From positions 4,000,001 to 4,064,000 of the forward strand of contig OY969695.1 in assembly GCA_963701965.1 (NCBI GenBank): a stretch of 64,000 bases of DNA, in the 5' to 3' direction. A program made the translations under genes and the position numbers. The notes under the pieces were generated by a model. That model was not told where the DNA came from and did not search any database. It saw nothing but the letters and a program-made list of their open reading frames with translations. Shown piece by piece: positions 47,888-58,267 of the stretch (within the stretch, counting starts at the first letter, position 1; every line of letters starts with the position of its first letter). The stretch is from an uncultured Gemmatimonadales bacterium. Lineage in GTDB: Bacteria > Gemmatimonadota > Gemmatimonadetes > Gemmatimonadales > Gemmatimonadaceae.

Positions 47888-48633
47888 AAATCGCTGTCTG
47901 TCTCAAGCGCGTCCCCGATACCGAGACGCGCATCAAGATCGCGCCGGGCGGTCAGAAGATCGACGAAGCCGGCGTGAAATTCATTCCCAATCCGTACAAT
48001 GACTTCGCCATCGAGGCCGCGCTGTTGCTCAAGCAGAAAGCCGGCGGCGAAGTCGTGGCGATCTCCCTCGGCCCCGACGCCGCCCAGGAAGTCATCCGCA
48101 CGGCCCTCGCCATGGGCGCGGACCGGGGCGTGCATCTCAAGACGGACGGGCAGCCGTACGACACGTTGTCCGTCGCCCAAGCGTTGGCCGCGGAGCTGAA
48201 GGCCGGGTCGTATGATCTGATCCTGCTCGGCAAGATGGCGATCGACGACTACAACCACGCAATGGGGCCCGTGCTCGGGGCGCTGCTCGGTCTGCCGAGT
48301 GTGAGTGCCGTCACCGCGCTGACCATCGAGGGCGGCAAAGGCACGGCCGAGCGCGAGGTGGAGGGCGGGGTGGAGGTGCTGACGTTCCCGGTGCCGGCCG
48401 TCGTCAGCACCGACAAGGGGTTGAACAAACCGCGGCTTCCCACGCTGCCCGGCATCATGGCGGCGAAGAAAAAGCCAATGGAAAGCAAACCCGCGGCGCT
48501 CGGCGTCGCGCGGGTCACCGTCAAGTCCTTGGCGCTGCCGCCCGAGCGGCCGGCCGGCCGCATCATCGGCGAAGGCGCCGCGGCCGTGCCCGAGCTCGTG
48601 CGTCTTCTCCAGACTGAAGCCAAGGTTCTCTAA
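47884..48633 (+). CDS. etfB: Electron transfer flavoprotein beta subunit
   Basis: MKIAVCLKRVPD, NPYNDFAIEAAL, ALAMGADRG, LNKPR..GIMAAKKK. Confidence 0.93.
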   Translation: MKIAVCLKRVPDTETRIKIAPGGQKIDEAGVKFIPNPYNDFAIEAALLLKQKAGGEVVAISLGPDAAQEVIRTALAMGADRGVHLKTDGQPYDTLSVAQALAAELKAGSYDLILLGKMAIDDYNHAMGPVLGALLGLPSVSAVTALTIEGGKGTAEREVEGGVEVLTFPVPAVVSTDKGLNKPRLPTLPGIMAAKKKPMESKPAALGVARVTVKSLALPPERPAGRIIGEGAAAVPELVRLLQTEAKVL

Positions 48634-48636
48634 GTC

Positions 48637-49620
48637 ATGGCCAATATTCTCGCCTACGCCGAAGCGCGTGGGACGGCGCTGCGCAAGAGCGCGTTCGAGG
48701 CGGTCACCGCCGCGCGCGCTCTCGCGGGCAGCGCCCACGAAGTGCACGCGCTGCTCGTCGGACCGCCGGGCATCGCGGCCGTGGCGTCCGAGCTCGGCGC
48801 CTCCGGCGCCTCGCGCGTGCTGGTGTGCGAGCACGCCGGCTTCGCCCAGTACAATCCCGAGGCCGCATCGGCCCTCGCCGCCGAGCGCATCCGCTCCGGT
48901 GGCTATCGGGCCGCCGTGTTCGTGTCCACGGCGCAGGGGCGCGACTTGGCGCCGCGCGTCGCGGCGGCGCTCGACGCGGCGTTTGCGCCTGATGTCACGT
49001 CGATCGCGCTGTCGGGCGAGGAGATCACCGTGACGCATCCGGTGTATTCGGGCAAGGCGATCGCAACGCTCGTGATCGCGGGCACGCCGGCCGTGATCGC
49101 GGTGCGTCCATCGACGTTCCCGCCCCAGGCAGGCGCGGGCACGGCCGCGACCGAGACCGTCGCGCCGGTGGGCGACCCGTCCGCGGCGCGCGTCGTCGTC
49201 ACGGAGCTCCGGACGGGTGGCGGCGCCAAGCTCAATGTCAGCGAAGCGCCGATCGTGGTGAGCGGTGGACGGGGCCTCAAGGGTCCCGAGCATTTCAACC
49301 TCGTCGAAGACCTCGCCGCCTCGTTCGGCAACGCCGCCGTGGGCGCCTCGCGCGCGGTGGTCGATGCCGGATGGCGGCCGCACTCCGACCAAGTGGGGCA
49401 GACCGGAAAAGTGGTGAGCCCGGATCTCTACGTCGCCGTGGGGATCTCCGGCGCGATCCAGCATCTCGCGGGCATGCGCACCGCCAAGACGATCGTGGCC
49501 ATCAACCGGGACAAGGACGCGCCGATCTTCAAGATCGCCGACTACGGGATCGTGGGCGATGCGTTCGAGATCGTGCCCGCCCTGGCCGCGGCCGTGCGCG
49601 AGGCACGCCGGTCGGGATGA
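48637..49620 (+). CDS. etfA: Electron transfer flavoprotein alpha subunit
   Basis: [36 protein letters not shown]. Confidence 0.95.
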   Translation: MANILAYAEARGTALRKSAFEAVTAARALAGSAHEVHALLVGPPGIAAVASELGASGASRVLVCEHAGFAQYNPEAASALAAERIRSGGYRAAVFVSTAQGRDLAPRVAAALDAAFAPDVTSIALSGEEITVTHPVYSGKAIATLVIAGTPAVIAVRPSTFPPQAGAGTAATETVAPVGDPSAARVVVTELRTGGGAKLNVSEAPIVVSGGRGLKGPEHFNLVEDLAASFGNAAVGASRAVVDAGWRPHSDQVGQTGKVVSPDLYVAVGISGAIQHLAGMRTAKTIVAINRDKDAPIFKIADYGIVGDAFEIVPALAAAVREARRSG

Positions 49621-51659
49621 GCGCCGCCACGGCGCTCTACCTCATCATCCTGGGCCTGGCGGCCGGGTTCTTCTCGTATAACGCCCAGCGGCTCGTCGGG
49701 TATCTGCGACTGGGCCGGCCCGACAACCGCACGGACCACCCGCTGGTGCGGATCCGCAATCTGCTGGCGATCGGTATCGCCCAGACCAAGATCCTGCGCG
49801 ATCCGCTCGCCGGTATCATGCACGCGACGGTCTTCTGGGGTTTTTGCGTCCTGACCGCGGGGACGATCGAGATTTTGATCCAGGGCCTGTGGCCCGCGTT
49901 CACGTACGCCCGCTTCCTCGGGCCGTTGTACGCGCCGTACGTCGTTTCCCAGGAGCTGTTCGCGATTTTTGTCCTGGGCGCCGTCTCCTGGTTGTTGTAC
50001 CGGCGCCTCGTGCTCCGTCCGAAACGCCTGCGCGGCGACCATCTGGAGCAGTGGGACGCGCTCTTCATCTTGTCGTTGATCGCGGCCCTCATGGTCACGC
50101 TGCTTGCCATGAACGCGTTCTCGATCGTGGCGGACCCCGCCCTGGCCTCGAGCCCACGGATCATCTCACGCGGTCTCGCGGCCGCGCTCCAGGGCGTGCC
50201 GCCCGCGGCCGCCGCGCACTGGGCGTACGGGATGTGGTGGGCGCACGTGTTGCTGGTGCTGGCGTTCTTGAACTATCTGCCGTATTCGAAGCACCTCCAC
50301 GTCATCACGTCGCTGCCCAACGTGTTCCTCTCCAACACCAGCGGACCGGGGACCAAAGGGGCGATGCGCCCGATGGACCTGGAGGCCGAGGGGGTCGAGC
50401 AGTTCGGCGCCGCCGACGTCGATCATCTGTCGTGGAAGAACCTGCTGGACGGCTACTCCTGCACCGAGTGCGGACGCTGCACGTCGGTGTGTCCCGCGCA
50501 CATCACCGGCAAAGTCCTGAGCCCCCGCAAGATCGTGATCAACGTGCGGCAGCGCCTCATGGAGAAAGCACCGGCCCTGGCCGGGGAGGCGCCGGGCGCC
50601 CTGGTGCATGGCGAGGGCGAGACGGCGCCCGATGCGCGGTTGCTGGACGGGTACATCTCGGAAGAAGAGCTCTGGCAATGCACGTCCTGCCGGGCGTGTG
50701 TCGAGGAATGCCCGGTCTCGATCGACCAGCTGGACACCATCAATGAGTTGCGCCGGAATCTCGTCCTCATGGAGTCGCGGTTTCCCTCCGAGGTGCAGCC
50801 GGCGTTTCAATCGTTGGAGCGTAACGGCACGCCCTGGGCGTTCAACGCTGCCGACCGCGGTGAGTGGGCGCATGGGATGGACATTCCCACGGTGGCCGAG
50901 TTGGCGGCGCAGGGCCGGCGGCCCGAGGTGTTGTTCTGGGTGGGATGCGCCGGATCGTTCGACGCGCGGGCGAAGAAGATCACCGTCGCGTTCGCGCGCA
51001 TCATGCGCGCCGCCGGCATCGACTTCGCCATTCTGGGACAGGAAGAGAAGTGCAACGGCGATCCCGCGCGCCGCATGGGGAACGAGTACCTGTACCAGAT
51101 GCTGGCCAAGGACAACGTCGCGCTCCTCAATGCCTACGAGGTGCGCACCGTCGTCACGATCTGCCCGCACTGCTTTCATCAGCTGGGCAACGAGTACCCG
51201 CAGTTGGGCGGACACTACGAAGTGATCCACCACTCGGAGTACATTGAGCGGTTGCTGGCCGAAGGCCGCGTGCCGCTGGACGGAACGAGCGGCGATATCC
51301 GCACGATCACCTACCACGACAGTTGCTACCTCGGGCGGTACAACGATATCTACGACGCGCCGCGCGAGAGTATTCGCCGGGCGCTCCCCGTGGTGACGCT
51401 GGCCGAGCCGCCGCGGAACAAGAGCCGCGGCATGTGCTGCGGTGCGGGCGGTGGACGCATGTGGATGGAAGAGACGCAGGGCCAGCGCATCAATATCGAG
51501 CGCACCAAGGAATTGCTGGCCACGGGCGCCAATGCCATCGCTGCCGCGTGCCCCTTCTGCATGACGATGTTGAGCGACGGGGTGAAGGCGAACGACTCGA
51601 CCGTCCCCGTCTACGATATCTCGGAGATCGTCGCCGGGCGCCTCGCGCCTAACGCTTGA
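49617..51659 (+). CDS. Membrane Fe-S oxidoreductase (FadF/HdrD-like, CCG domains), probable ETF:quinone oxidoreductase
   Basis: N-terminal TM region with YSKHLH, two CxxCxxCxxxCP motifs, YHDSCYLGR, CCGAGGG, ACPFC. Confidence 0.9.
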   Translation: MSAATALYLIILGLAAGFFSYNAQRLVGYLRLGRPDNRTDHPLVRIRNLLAIGIAQTKILRDPLAGIMHATVFWGFCVLTAGTIEILIQGLWPAFTYARFLGPLYAPYVVSQELFAIFVLGAVSWLLYRRLVLRPKRLRGDHLEQWDALFILSLIAALMVTLLAMNAFSIVADPALASSPRIISRGLAAALQGVPPAAAAHWAYGMWWAHVLLVLAFLNYLPYSKHLHVITSLPNVFLSNTSGPGTKGAMRPMDLEAEGVEQFGAADVDHLSWKNLLDGYSCTECGRCTSVCPAHITGKVLSPRKIVINVRQRLMEKAPALAGEAPGALVHGEGETAPDARLLDGYISEEELWQCTSCRACVEECPVSIDQLDTINELRRNLVLMESRFPSEVQPAFQSLERNGTPWAFNAADRGEWAHGMDIPTVAELAAQGRRPEVLFWVGCAGSFDARAKKITVAFARIMRAAGIDFAILGQEEKCNGDPARRMGNEYLYQMLAKDNVALLNAYEVRTVVTICPHCFHQLGNEYPQLGGHYEVIHHSEYIERLLAEGRVPLDGTSGDIRTITYHDSCYLGRYNDIYDAPRESIRRALPVVTLAEPPRNKSRGMCCGAGGGRMWMEETQGQRINIERTKELLATGANAIAAACPFCMTMLSDGVKANDSTVPVYDISEIVAGRLAPNA

Positions 51660-52197
51660 TCGCCGCCGAGCTCCGCGGCGTACCCAGGCCGTAGCTCACG
51701 GATACCGTGAGACGGTCGCCGTCGACCTTCGTGGTCACGCGCCGGCCGCAGCCGGAGCACTTGGCCATCGTGGGTCCCGGCTCGGATCGCTCGCCGATGA
51801 CGGCGCGGCACACGGGGCAGTGGATCGGACCAGTCACCAGCGCCGCGGCGGGAAGCGGTGCTTGGGGTTCCTCGACGGCAACGGCCGCCGCTGGCGGCCG
51901 GACGAGACGTGGTCCCGTCCCGCCGCCAACCCGGGCGCTCATGGTCTCGAGAAAGAACTGCTGTTCAGTCGCGCTCATGCCCGCGATAGCGCCCGTTGGG
52001 ACGCCCTGCTCTTTGAGCTTCCGCATGAGCGCGTAGGAATCGCGCGTCATGCCCGTCGCGGGCGCCGATCGCGTGCGGCGCGCGGCCTTCTCGGTCTCGC
52101 CCCGGAAATGCTGGCCAAGGCGTATGATGGCGACGCTGGCGAAGAACAACACGCCGACCGCGGCGGCCGCCAGGAGGAGCTGAAGCGTGGTGTTCAC
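51649..52197 (-). CDS. Hypothetical protein with N-terminal TM and C-terminal zinc ribbon
   Basis: Hydrophobic N-terminus; CPVC..CSGC; coupled to the moeA stop. Confidence 0.65.
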   Translation of the reverse strand: MNTTLQLLLAAAAVGVLFFASVAIIRLGQHFRGETEKAARRTRSAPATGMTRDSYALMRKLKEQGVPTGAIAGMSATEQQFFLETMSARVGGGTGPRLVRPPAAAVAVEEPQAPLPAAALVTGPIHCPVCRAVIGERSEPGPTMAKCSGCGRRVTTKVDGDRLTVSVSYGLGTPRSSAAIKR

Positions 52198-53444
52198 AGA
52201 GAGAATTGCATTGTCAGGGCCGTGTCATTGGTCAGCGCCAGCGCGTGCAGCGTCTCCCCCGCTTCCGAGCGGGGGCGATCTTCAGGGACGACGAGCAACC
52301 CGTTCGCGAGTGACATCGATGTCAAAATGGCCGATCCCTGCGGGCCCGTCAGCCGGGCCGTCGTGACCCCGTCGGCCCGGGGCGTCAAGATCGCGCGCAG
52401 AAAATGGGTCAATCGGCCGTTGATCGACACCGGCTCCTCGAGGACCACGGGGATCGGCCGGCGGAAAAGGCGCGTGTAGCCCATCATCCGGCGGATCGCC
52501 GGGCGCACGAACAGCTCGAAGGTCACCATGGCCGAGACGGGGTTCCCTGGCAATCCGATCCACGGCGTGGCGCCAAGCAGGCCGAACCCCAGCGGCGCGC
52601 CCGGCCGCATCCGCACGCGCCAGAACTTCATCTCGGCGCCCAACTCGCGGAGCACGTCGCGCGTGTAGTCGAAAGCGCCGACCGAGATGCCGGCCGTCGT
52701 GAGCACCAGATCGCACCCCGCGGCGCGGCGCAAATGATCGCGTACCGACTCCGCCGTGTCGCTGGCGATCCCAAGGTCCATCGGCACTCCGCCCGCCGCG
52801 CGCACCGCCGCGTGGAGGGCGTAGTTGTTCGACGACACGATCCTGTCGCCCGCCAAGACCTTGTCGAAGCGCGTGAGATCCACCAGCTCATCGCCGGAAC
52901 CCACAATGGCGACGCGGGGCCGGCGAAACACGTCGACGTGGGCGGCTCCGACAGAGGCGAGCAACCCGATCTGAGGCGCCTGAATCGCGTCGCCTTCGGC
53001 GACGACGATCTGGCCCTCCCAGAGATCTTCACCGCGAGGACGGATGTTGCGGCGGACGTCGCGGTTGTCGCGGATTTCGACCTGATCGGTTCCGCCGTTC
53101 GTGTCCTCGACACGAACGACGCTGTCCGAGCCTCTCGGAATCGGGGCGCCCGTCATGATCCGCGCGGCTTCGCCCGCGGCCACTGTTCGAGCGGGCATGC
53201 CGCCAGCGGCGATCGTCTCGATCACCCGCAAGACCACCGGATGACCCGCGCGTGCGCCAGAGATATCCGCGGCCTGGACGGCGTAGCCGTCCATGGCCGA
53301 ATTGTCCCAGTGCGGGAGCGTCACCGGTGAGCGGACGGGTGACGCCAGCACGCGCCCTAGCGCGTCCAGCAACTCCACCTGCTCGACGCCGAGGCGCGCC
53401 ACGTTGGCGAGGATGGTGGTGCTCGCCTCGCCGACCGTGAGCAT
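52194..53444 (-). CDS. moeA: Molybdopterin molybdenumtransferase
   Basis: NSAMDGYAV, RIMTGAP, GSGDEL, GLPGNPVS, GPQGSAILTS. Confidence 0.95.
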   Translation of the reverse strand: MLTVGEASTTILANVARLGVEQVELLDALGRVLASPVRSPVTLPHWDNSAMDGYAVQAADISGARAGHPVVLRVIETIAAGGMPARTVAAGEAARIMTGAPIPRGSDSVVRVEDTNGGTDQVEIRDNRDVRRNIRPRGEDLWEGQIVVAEGDAIQAPQIGLLASVGAAHVDVFRRPRVAIVGSGDELVDLTRFDKVLAGDRIVSSNNYALHAAVRAAGGVPMDLGIASDTAESVRDHLRRAAGCDLVLTTAGISVGAFDYTRDVLRELGAEMKFWRVRMRPGAPLGFGLLGATPWIGLPGNPVSAMVTFELFVRPAIRRMMGYTRLFRRPIPVVLEEPVSINGRLTHFLRAILTPRADGVTTARLTGPQGSAILTSMSLANGLLVVPEDRPRSEAGETLHALALTNDTALTMQFSL

Positions 53445-53445
53445 C

Positions 53446-54975
53446 CTAGCGACGGCCGAGTGTCAGCGAGGCCAGGCGGGCCGCGATCTCGTCCTGGACG
53501 CGCTCGACATCGCGTACGGGCGTCGTCCAGTTGTTGCAGAGGAAGCTGAACACGAGCGGCACGCCGTCCGCCGTCGTGACATACCCGGAGAGCGACCGCG
53601 CGCGATCGACGAACCCCGTCTTGGCCCGCACATTGCCCGCCGCCATCGTGCCGCGCATCCGGTCGGCGATGGTGCCATCGACGCCGGCGACCGGGAGCGC
53701 ATCGTAGAAGACCTGAAACGCCGTGTCGCGCCGCGCCGCGATGAGCGTGCGCACAATGGTCTCCGGCGACAGGTAATCATGCCGCGAGAGGCCCGATCCA
53801 TCGTGGACGACAAAGCCATCGGCGGCCGCGCCCCACGCCAGGAGTTGATCGTGGATGACGCGGACTCCGCTGTCGGCCGAGCCAACCCCGGTCCGCTCCA
53901 GCCCAATGGTCTTGAGCAAGACCTCGGCGATCTGGTTCTGGGACGGCTTGAGCAGCGCGGGTAGAATCTCGCGCAGGGGAGGAGACGCCATCGTGAAGAG
54001 CGTGTCGAGCGTCGCGCCCGAATCGGTGGTCCCGACCTCGGCGGCGCCCGGCCGCAGGGTGATGCCGCGACGGTCGATCGCGGTCGCCAGCGCGTGGAGA
54101 TACGCCGCCGCCGGGTCCCGGTACGCGATCATGGCGATCGTGCTGTCGCGCGGCGCGATCGTCCCGTCCACGGTGAGCGCGCCGCTCGTTGAATCCCAGG
54201 CCACGGTCACCGCCGGACCGCGCGCATCGCCGGTCTGGGCGACCGTGCGGACGTGATTGCGGAGCGACGGATACGCCGTCGCCGGCATCGTCGTCACCGT
54301 CGTGGCCGTCCCGACCCGGGCGCCACCCCGAACGACGATGGTCGTGAACCCTTCGTTCAGCATCAGCGCGTCGACGCCCGCTCCGTACGGTTCGGTGAGG
54401 TCGTCCCAATCCCACCCATAGCCCACGCGCGCATCGGGAAACGGGTCGACGCCGCGCACGATGTGCCCGGTGATGCGCGTGATGCCATGCGCGGCGAGGG
54501 ACTCGGCGGCCGCGCGCAGCGGGATCGTCGCGTCATGCAACATGTGATCGCTGACCGTCGGATCGCCGCGCCCGATGACCACGAGGTCGCCGGACAGGAC
54601 GCCGCGGCGGATGCGACCGCGCGTCGCGAACGTCGTCCGGTACTGAAAGTCGGGCCCCAGCTGTGCGAGAGCGGTCACGCTGGTGATGATCTTCATGTTC
54701 GACGCCGGCATGAAGAGCTTGCCGGCGTTGAGCGAATACAGCGTGTCGCCGCCGTCCGGGTCGACGATCAGGATGCCCCAGTGCGCGCTCCGAAACCGCG
54801 GGTCGACGACGAGGGAATCGATAGTGGCTTTGAGCAGCACCGCCGGCGGGGGCGCCGGGACCACCGCAGACGGGGCGAGTAGCGCGGGCGGCCGCTCCGC
54901 TGCCGGCGCTTCGCGAACGGCCGGGTGTGTGCAGGCCGCCGCGAGCACGACAAGGATCACGCCCCGCCGGATCAT
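53446..54975 (-). CDS. dacB: D-Ala-D-Ala carboxypeptidase/endopeptidase PBP4 (S13), lipoprotein-like
   Basis: PASNMK (SxxK), SQN, DGSGLSR, KTG motifs. Confidence 0.93.
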   Translation of the reverse strand: MIRRGVILVVLAAACTHPAVREAPAAERPPALLAPSAVVPAPPPAVLLKATIDSLVVDPRFRSAHWGILIVDPDGGDTLYSLNAGKLFMPASNMKIITSVTALAQLGPDFQYRTTFATRGRIRRGVLSGDLVVIGRGDPTVSDHMLHDATIPLRAAAESLAAHGITRITGHIVRGVDPFPDARVGYGWDWDDLTEPYGAGVDALMLNEGFTTIVVRGGARVGTATTVTTMPATAYPSLRNHVRTVAQTGDARGPAVTVAWDSTSGALTVDGTIAPRDSTIAMIAYRDPAAAYLHALATAIDRRGITLRPGAAEVGTTDSGATLDTLFTMASPPLREILPALLKPSQNQIAEVLLKTIGLERTGVGSADSGVRVIHDQLLAWGAAADGFVVHDGSGLSRHDYLSPETIVRTLIAARRDTAFQVFYDALPVAGVDGTIADRMRGTMAAGNVRAKTGFVDRARSLSGYVTTADGVPLVFSFLCNNWTTPVRDVERVQDEIAARLASLTLGRR

Positions 54976-55595
54976 CCCGTAATCTGCCCCGCCGCGATAA
55001 CGTCGGCCAGCGCCAGGTCGGCGACAGTGTTGACGTTCATGAACATGATATCGGGATCACCGTATCGGCCGACCTCGGCCGCGCCGAGCCGGACCACGCG
55101 CACGTCGTCGACGATGCTCACGACGCGGAGATCGCCGCGATCGATGCGCCGCTCGATCGCGCCAACGCACGCGGGGCCGTACATCGCACACAGTGGCTCG
55201 ATTCCGCGCACCGAGTCACTGACGGGGACGGCCATGTCCGCGTTCGCGCCGGCGGCACGCAGCGCGGCGAGGAGCGCGGACGGCACGAAGGGCATGTCCC
55301 ACGCGACGACCAGGACCGGTCCCCTCGCGCGCACGAGGGCGGCGTGCACGCCGCCCAGACCGCCGGCCCCGGGCCGGATGTCCGCGACGGTCGGGACATC
55401 CGGCAGCCACCCTCGAGCGTCGGGCGCATTCGCCACCAGGAGCAACGCGTCGGTCGCGGGCCGCAGAGCATTGGCGACCCGATCGATGATGCGCACGCCG
55501 CCGACGCGCTCCAAGCCTTTGGGGCGACCGCCGAACCGGGTCGCCTGGCCGCCCGCCAGAATGACGCCGGTAACCGTCAGGCGCTCAGATGCCAC
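54972..55595 (-). CDS. mobA: Molybdenum cofactor guanylyltransferase
   Basis: ILAGGQATRFG, KGL, GGLGG, WDMPF, EPLCAMY, NVNT. Confidence 0.9.
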   Translation of the reverse strand: MASERLTVTGVILAGGQATRFGGRPKGLERVGGVRIIDRVANALRPATDALLLVANAPDARGWLPDVPTVADIRPGAGGLGGVHAALVRARGPVLVVAWDMPFVPSALLAALRAAGANADMAVPVSDSVRGIEPLCAMYGPACVGAIERRIDRGDLRVVSIVDDVRVVRLGAAEVGRYGDPDIMFMNVNTVADLALADVIAAGQITG

Positions 55596-56007
55596 CGCGA
55601 TAGGTGGACCACAGCGTATCGTCCTCGCCGATGCGCACTTCCACGACGGTGGCAGCGCCCAGCGCGGCCGCGACGCACTCGAAGATGTACCGCGCCAGAT
55701 TCTCCGAGCTGGGAATCAAGCGTCCCTCCGCGAACTCCGCCACGTCGAGATTGATGTTCTTGTGGTCGAACCGGCTCACGACCAGCTCATCGAGCACCCG
55801 ATCGATCAGCCCCAGGTCGACGATGAATCCGGTGACGGGATCGATCTCCCCGCCCACGGTGAGATCGCAGATGTAGCGGTGCCCGTGGAAATTGATGTTG
55901 GCGCACTTCCCGAACACGGCGCGATTGCGCGCCTCGTCCCACTCCGGCACCCGATAGCGATGCGCCGCCGAGAACACCACGCGGCGCGTCAGCTGGGCGC
56001 GCCCCAT
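55585..56007 (-). CDS. queD: 6-carboxytetrahydropterin / 6-pyruvoyltetrahydropterin synthase
   Basis: FSAAHRY, FGKC, HGHRY, FDHKNIN, SSENLA. Confidence 0.85.
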   Translation of the reverse strand: MGRAQLTRRVVFSAAHRYRVPEWDEARNRAVFGKCANINFHGHRYICDLTVGGEIDPVTGFIVDLGLIDRVLDELVVSRFDHKNINLDVAEFAEGRLIPSSENLARYIFECVAAALGAATVVEVRIGEDDTLWSTYRGGI

Positions 56008-56690
56008 TAGTGGAACGCGGTGAGCGACAGCCCGAACGTGAACGCCAGGTTCTGGCGCCATGCCGTGAGCGCTTGGTTGGCGTTCACCACCGGCGCGCCC
56101 GCCGTGACGTCGCGGAACGACCCCGGCAACCGTGTCGCGTAGAAGTAGTCCGCGATATCGATGCGCGCTTGCAGCGGTCCGCCCGGGACGAAGCGAAGCC
56201 CGCCCCCCGCCGACATCATGAATTGCGTGCCGAAGTGGAATCCCCCGGAATCGCGCGGCGCGCCCAGATCCGTGGCCACCCCGACATTGGCGTTGATCAC
56301 GGGGATGAGGTGGTGCCACGTGCGCTCGCCAATGACGTTGAGCGCGACGCCGACGTCCACGAGGTTGAGCCCGACGTCCTTCGTCCCGACATCACGCGTC
56401 GCCGGTGGGAACGTCGGGATCACGACATTATGCTCCGTGAACACGTGCGCCCAGCGCGCCTCGAAGTACGCGGGGCCGCCCAGGTGGATGTCCCACCGGA
56501 CCCCCGCCAGCGGGCCGCTGTGAGGTTGCACGTGACCCGGGACGTCCGGCGCCAGAAAATACCCACCGTAGAACGACAGGTTGCGCGGATCCGAGATATC
56601 GACATAGGGGCTGGCGTCCGGCGTATGGCCGACCACCTGGCCGTGGGCCGCGCCACTGGCCAGGAGCAAGAGCAGTGCGATGCGTTTCAC
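56007..56690 (-). CDS. Outer-membrane beta-barrel-like exported protein
   Basis: Signal peptide AHG|Q, alternating beta-strands, aromatic C-terminus. Confidence 0.65.
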   Translation of the reverse strand: MKRIALLLLLASGAAHGQVVGHTPDASPYVDISDPRNLSFYGGYFLAPDVPGHVQPHSGPLAGVRWDIHLGGPAYFEARWAHVFTEHNVVIPTFPPATRDVGTKDVGLNLVDVGVALNVIGERTWHHLIPVINANVGVATDLGAPRDSGGFHFGTQFMMSAGGGLRFVPGGPLQARIDIADYFYATRLPGSFRDVTAGAPVVNANQALTAWRQNLAFTFGLSLTAFH

Positions 56691-58249
56691 GAGGATCGTG
56701 TGGTTGCGGGAGTCAGGTCCCGCAAGTCTACCCCGGTCATCTCGGAAGGTGGCTCGACGCCGAGAAGGCCCAACACCGTCGGGCCGACATCGGAGAGCGC
56801 GCCGCCGGATCGGAGCGGCGGTGCGGCCGTGCCGGCGGCGTCGACGAGGACGAAAGGGACTGGATTGGTCGTGTGTGCCGTGTGCGGGCCACCGGTCTCC
56901 GGATCGATCATGAGCTCACAATTTCCGTGGTCGGCGGTGACCAGCACCCGAACGCCCGCGCGCTCGGCGGATGCCAAGACCCGCGCCAGGCACTGATCGA
57001 CCGTCTCCACCGCCCGAATTGTAGCCGCGAGCGAGCCGGTATGCCCGACCATGTCGCCGTTGGCGTAGTTGCAGAGGATGAAATCGTGCTGTCGCTGTTC
57101 GATCGCGGTGCACAGGACGTCGGTCACCCCCGCCGCGCTCATCTCCGGCATGAGATCATAGGTGGCGACTTTCTGGCTCGGCACCAGGAGGCGTTCCTCA
57201 CCGGGATACGGGGTTTCCTCACCGCCGTTGAAGAAATACGTGACGTGCGGGTACTTCTCGGTCTCGGCGGTCCGGAACTGCGTCATGCTGCGGTCGCTCA
57301 AGACTTCGGCGACGATCCGGGCCATCGAGAAGGGGGGGAAGGCGACCGGCACGCCGAATTGCTGGCCGTACGACGTCATGGTGACGACGGACAGCTCGGG
57401 CCGCGCCGACACGTCGAAGCCCTTGAACGCCGGCTCCGTGAGCGCGCGCACGATCTGCCGCATCCGATCGGACCGGAAGTTGAAGCAGATCACTGCGTCC
57501 CCATCGCGCATCGGCGCGTCGGCCACCACGGTCGGCAGGATGAACTCGTCTGTCTGACCGTTCTCGTATGCCGCGCGAATCACCGCCAGCGGATCCGTGC
57601 CGGTCGGCCCGATGCCCTCGACCATCGCCCGGTACGCGAGCTCCGTGCGCTGCCAGCGCCGGTCCCGATCCATCCCGTAGTACCGGCCGCCGACGCTCCC
57701 GATCACCGTGGGCACCCGGCACCGCGCGGTGGCCTGCAGCAACTCCCCCATGAAGCCGAGCGCGGACTTGGGCAGCGTGTCGCGGCCGTCGAGCATCGCC
57801 TGGATGGCGACGCGCGGCACGCGCTCGCGCCCCGCGAGATCGAGCAGCGCCCGGAGATGCCGGTCGACCGCGTGCACGCCGCCGTCCCCGATCAATCCCA
57901 ACAAGTGCAGCGTCCCCCCGGAGCGTCGCACAGCGCGGCAGGCCGCTTGGAACGTAGTGTTGCAGAAGAACGAGCCGTCGGCGATGGCCGCGCCGATGCG
58001 CACCAAGTCCTGCATGACGACGCGGCCGGCGCCCAGATTCAGATGGCCCACCTCACTGTTGCCCATCTGGCCGGCCGGCAAACCGACCCGCAGTCCCGAC
58101 GCCTCCAACAAGGTGCGTGACGGACGACGCCACAACGCGTCCCAAGTCGGCGTCTGTGCCAACGCGATCGCGTTGCCTTCTCGTTCCGGGCGGTACCCCC
58201 AACCGTCGAGGACGACGAGGACTACCGGGCAATGTGCGGAGCCAGCCAT
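56687..58249 (-). CDS. gpmI: 2,3-bisphosphoglycerate-independent phosphoglycerate mutase
   Basis: LDGWG, GQMGNSEVGH, DGRDT, GRYYGMDRD, AETEKYPHVT, GDMVGHTG, TADHGN. Confidence 0.96.
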   Translation of the reverse strand: MAGSAHCPVVLVVLDGWGYRPEREGNAIALAQTPTWDALWRRPSRTLLEASGLRVGLPAGQMGNSEVGHLNLGAGRVVMQDLVRIGAAIADGSFFCNTTFQAACRAVRRSGGTLHLLGLIGDGGVHAVDRHLRALLDLAGRERVPRVAIQAMLDGRDTLPKSALGFMGELLQATARCRVPTVIGSVGGRYYGMDRDRRWQRTELAYRAMVEGIGPTGTDPLAVIRAAYENGQTDEFILPTVVADAPMRDGDAVICFNFRSDRMRQIVRALTEPAFKGFDVSARPELSVVTMTSYGQQFGVPVAFPPFSMARIVAEVLSDRSMTQFRTAETEKYPHVTYFFNGGEETPYPGEERLLVPSQKVATYDLMPEMSAAGVTDVLCTAIEQRQHDFILCNYANGDMVGHTGSLAATIRAVETVDQCLARVLASAERAGVRVLVTADHGNCELMIDPETGGPHTAHTTNPVPFVLVDAAGTAAPPLRSGGALSDVGPTVLGLLGVEPPSEMTGVDLRDLTPATTRSS

Positions 58250-58267
58250 CTTGATCGAGTGACTTGG